Positions 60,463 to 64,000 of a stretch of DNA of 64,000 nt are shown here, piece by piece. This DNA comes from Basidiobolus meristosporus CBS 931.73 (lineage: Eukaryota > Fungi > Basidiobolomycota). Numbering within the stretch: the stretch's first letter is position 1; each line of letters starts with the position of its first letter. The stretch covers positions 1 through 64,000 of the forward strand of contig MCFE01000346.1 of the NCBI GenBank assembly GCA_002104905.1, given 5' to 3'. The position numbers and the translations under genes are program-made. Below the pieces are notes generated by a model. The model was not told the DNA's origin. It did no database searches and saw nothing but the letters and a program-made list of their open reading frames with translations.

Positions 60463-61125
60463 ACAAGCTTTCGGAGACAATTGTACAAACACTTGCACAA
60501 AAAGTCGTCGACTCTACCCCATGATTATAGAGCTGGGAGTCTTTCGACTGATGAAACATAATCCACCACAATATTTTTATATCGTTCTTTCGCCTGTATT
60601 CTATCCTATGGAGAATTGCTGCATTTAGTTTTGACCAAGTCAGCATCTATGTAATGAGCATGTAGCATGCGCCCCACTTTCTTAGCGATCCCCTGTGACG
60701 TCTTGACATTTGTGTTTAGTGGTGACAGTTTTAAATGCGGGGGGATGACAATAAGAAACCGTTACAAAAATCCATCATTGCTCACACACTCCAATCCTGT
60801 TACATTATTTCCGGCTTATTCGAGTATTGGTCTGGGACTTGTTTCGAGTAGGAATCGCCGGATCAAGCCATTCTAGACTTGAAATGACCTGGTTGGGGCT
60901 ACGCCTCACATCTCACCGACAGTAAAAGCACGCCCCGTCGTTAGCACCACTTTTGGCAACACTGGAAGATTACTCTTCATCGGCACTGATCTGAGTAGGG
61001 ATTTTCCTTCTGTAGTTGGGCGACACAGCTGGGTTTGTTTGCCTTGACTTGACTAAATCGGAGGGGCTCACACCATCCGCATCATCGAGCAGAATTGAGA
61101 TTGGTTCGCAAATATAGCTGAACAC

Positions 61126-62200
61126 ATGCTAAAAGATATTTCCGGGCTCCTGGTAGTGCGTGCCTGTGGTGGCCGAGATTTGACTGTGGTCCAAAGGATC
61201 GGGAAGCAGGACCCATACCTGGAATTCAAACTGGGGGACGAGAATCAGCGCACCCATACGGACAATAACGGTGGTCAGAAGCCCACATGGGGGCAGGCAG
61301 TGAAATTCGATCTCAACAATGAACGGGAGTTGCTAGTCAAGTGCATAGACAAAAACCCCGTTCACGACTCGCACATCGGCCAAACGGAGATCCTGCTGGA
61401 CCCAGTCCTGGAAAATCACCAGTACGACGGTGAGCTGAATCTATCGAGTGCCTCCCTATACGGTTACTCAAGCTCGTTCATCTTATTTAGGCTGGTTTAT
61501 GATTAAAAATCGAGATTCTCCGGCAGGTGAGATCTATCTGGAGCTTACCTTCTATCCTTCGGTAAGGCCGACCTGAGGAAAGTCTCCGATGCTATGCTAA
61601 TAAATCCACGTAGGATGGCTCATACAACCCAAGGCCCTTGGTCACTCGAGGCTCCTACATTGCCCACTACCCTGCTGCGCCGCCCAACAAGGCCATCAAC
61701 TCGAGGATCCACCCCAAGCATGTGTCCTTGAACCCCGCATATTTAGCCAACAAACCGCTCCCAGCAATCCCGAGTTCTCCCAAGAGTCAAGAGAACAGCA
61801 AAAAGCTTCCCAAGCCTCCAGTACCACCCAAAGACCCCCGAATTAAGGTTTGTCTTCGGCGTGTAGCATGCCATCAACCACTATCTGACCGTATTTCCCA
61901 CACCAGCGAACATACTGGCCGCAACACCAAACGATCACCCACAAACGATACGGAGCCGCTTCGTTCATGGGCAACTTCCCGCCGAGCTTCGTCTACGGTG
62001 GCTTTCCAGTTGGGGTCCTACCAAGCGGGAATTCGTATTCGCCGGGAATGTACATGCCCGTACCTGACGACTACATGGCTAGACAGAGTTACTACTTCGC
62101 ACCACCCCCATCTGTTCCGTCATATCCACGAGAATTCATCCCGTCCTGTCGGGAACATACGTCATATAGGAAATCCGGTAGACCCCATAGCTATTTCTAA
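61126..62200 (+). CDS. C2-domain, proline-rich cytokinesis protein (Inn1/Fic1-like); multi-exon
   Basis: IGKQDPY...LG....T.TD..GGQKP.W, then GEIYLELTFYP and PxxP-rich tail. Confidence 0.75.
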
Positions 62201-62644
62201 TCTGTGATCAGTCCTAGCCAACACCCAACATCCCGTTTTAATTGCGCCCGTACAAACTACAAAGAGTACGGCGACTCTCTTCCCCCTTCCCCCTTCACAT
62301 GGCAACTAGCGTTCTATCCTTTGTCAAATGGCGATAAGATATAAATTATGAAGTCTAAAAATACCAAGACTGACCCAAGAGTGGAGGCTAGTCGACACTA
62401 TTGTTAATCGCGGCGAGAGCAGTCCATTTATGGCGGAGTTTCTCCGAGGTTGCTTAATGAGGAGTATATTAAAAATAGGCTCCAACATGATCCTTTCGGT
62501 TTGGTTTCCATTGATCTACTCCTGCATAATTGATTTCCACATCAATTAGACGACTCAGAATGCACTGATTGATGTGTGCCAAATCCAGTCAGTGATTTCC
62601 GTACTTAAAGGCATGAAGCACTGGCATGGCCGCATCAAACTGTC

Positions 62645-64000
62645 ATGGCCAAAGTGAAAACGAATCCTCCAGCCACCATACAGAGAGTGCCCTACAAGAT
62701 ACTGACCGTGGTATTCATAGCGTTGCTTCTAGATATCCTGTCCTTCACTATTATTCTTCCCTTGCTACCAAGACTTATAGCATACTATGAAGGGATTGAA
62801 ATGAACCAAGTGGTAGGTTTTCTCGTTCTGTTTGTCGTTCTGTACGAATTACCCCGTTGAAAACCTTCCTTACAGAACACCTTGTTGGGCTCTTTGATGT
62901 ATTATATCGGCCACTTTAAAAAGAACGTGATCGGAGAAACGACGGTTTCCAGGGTGGACATTGTTCTGTTGGGCGGGGTTCTTGGCTCTTTGTTCTCGCT
63001 TCTACAAAGTTTGGTGGCTCCCTTTATAGGCCGTCTATCCGATAAATATGGCCGCAGAAGGGTGCTTTTGATAACCACGGTACGTTTTCGTAGTTGGTTC
63101 AAAGGCCGCCATCTATAGACCCTAATCTCCTACGTGTATAGCTTGGCAATGCACTCTCCTGTCTCATTTGGGTGTTTGCTCATGATTTCAAGACCTTTGT
63201 GCTGTTTCGAGTGGTAGGTGGGCTGTGCGAAGGGAATGTACAGCTTTCCAACGCTATCATTTCGGACATCACTACTCCGGAGACCCGCTCCAAGGGCTTG
63301 GTAAGAAAAAATCCACCTAACAGGAATCTGGCACCGGCACTAACCGTCAGCCCCAGGCATTGATCGGGGTAGCCTTTGCAATCGCTTTCACATTTGGCCC
63401 TGCTACAGGAGCATTCTTCGCTTCCAAAGATCTATCTGCTCTTTACCCAGATATTGCGGAACGAGGGCTTCATCCGTACTCATACGCGGCCTTCATATCT
63501 CTGGCCTTGGTGGTCGTGGAAATCGTTTACTTGTATTTCTTCCTCGAGGAAACGATTCACTACAGAAAACACCAGGAATCAACCGGAACAAACGAGCAGA
63601 GCAACAACGTCAAACGAGACCAGATGATACGACAGAAGATCCGGAGTCTCGGCTTTTTGAACTGGATCCATCTAGGGTTCATCTTTATCTTCTCCGGTAT
63701 GGAGTATACCATCACCTTCCTTACTTTCGACATATTTGATTTCAACAACATGCAGCAAGGAAAGTTGCTTGGCTTTATTGGAATCTTGTCTGCCCTGCTC
63801 CAGGGCGGCTATGTCCGAAGGATGGCGTACAAGGTTGGAGAGAAGCGGATCGTGATTCAAGGAGTGACCGGATGTGCGTTAGGGTTAGGGTCCATAGCAT
63901 TCTTCGCTATAGGGAGGAGATCAATTTTCTGGATGTACGTGGGCGCATCCTTCCTGGCCTTTACCTCGGCGACGGTGGTAAACTGCCTCACCGCCTTGGT
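62645..64000 (+). CDS. MFS transporter, MFSD10/TETRAN-like; runs off the window
   Basis: LLLDILSFTIILPLLP, SLFSLLQ..APFIGRLSDKYGRRRVLL, GG..EGNVQLS.AII.DIT, GMEYT..FLTFD. Confidence 0.9.

Noticed and set aside
1-64000. rRNA, tRNA, CRISPR arrays, telomeric repeats
   Set aside because: None seen; the 20-bp repeats at 328-395 are contiguous with no spacers

Overview
Eukaryotic window, almost certainly fungal: short 45-70 nt GT-AG introns, a DASH subunit Hsk3 and fungal-type genes. An early-diverging fungal lineage is inferred, not proven. It has two sharply separated domains. (1) Bases 1 to ~20,395 are a CpG-depleted nest of decayed transposons. It holds two copies of a two-ORF PIF/Harbinger-ISL2EU-type (DDE_Tnp_4) element, a 734-bp foldback MITE with an ATT duplication and a visible empty site, a Transposase_21/CACTA-like pseudogene, a Ty3/gypsy element lacking its 5' LTR, pieces of a second gypsy family, three solo LTRs and three pieces of an unassigned TE-associated ORF. 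(2) From ~20,396 to the end is an ordinary gene-dense region with normal CpG. It encodes acyl-CoA oxidase (PTS2), a DUF4272-like protein, an ANKFN1/WAKE-like protein, two convergent Kre9/Knh1-like GPI proteins, Hsk3, an intronless twin Myb/SANT-like protein, an ABC1/ADCK1 kinase, a candidate 44-aa secreted peptide, an EamA transporter, a broken two-RRM gene, BLOC1S1, an Atf1-like bZIP, CIA1, a carnitine acyltransferase, PrmC/HemK, Rif1, an Inn1/Fic1-like C2 protein and a partial MFS transporter. All family assignments come from motifs recognised by eye; no search was run. Exon boundaries and some TE boundaries are approximate.
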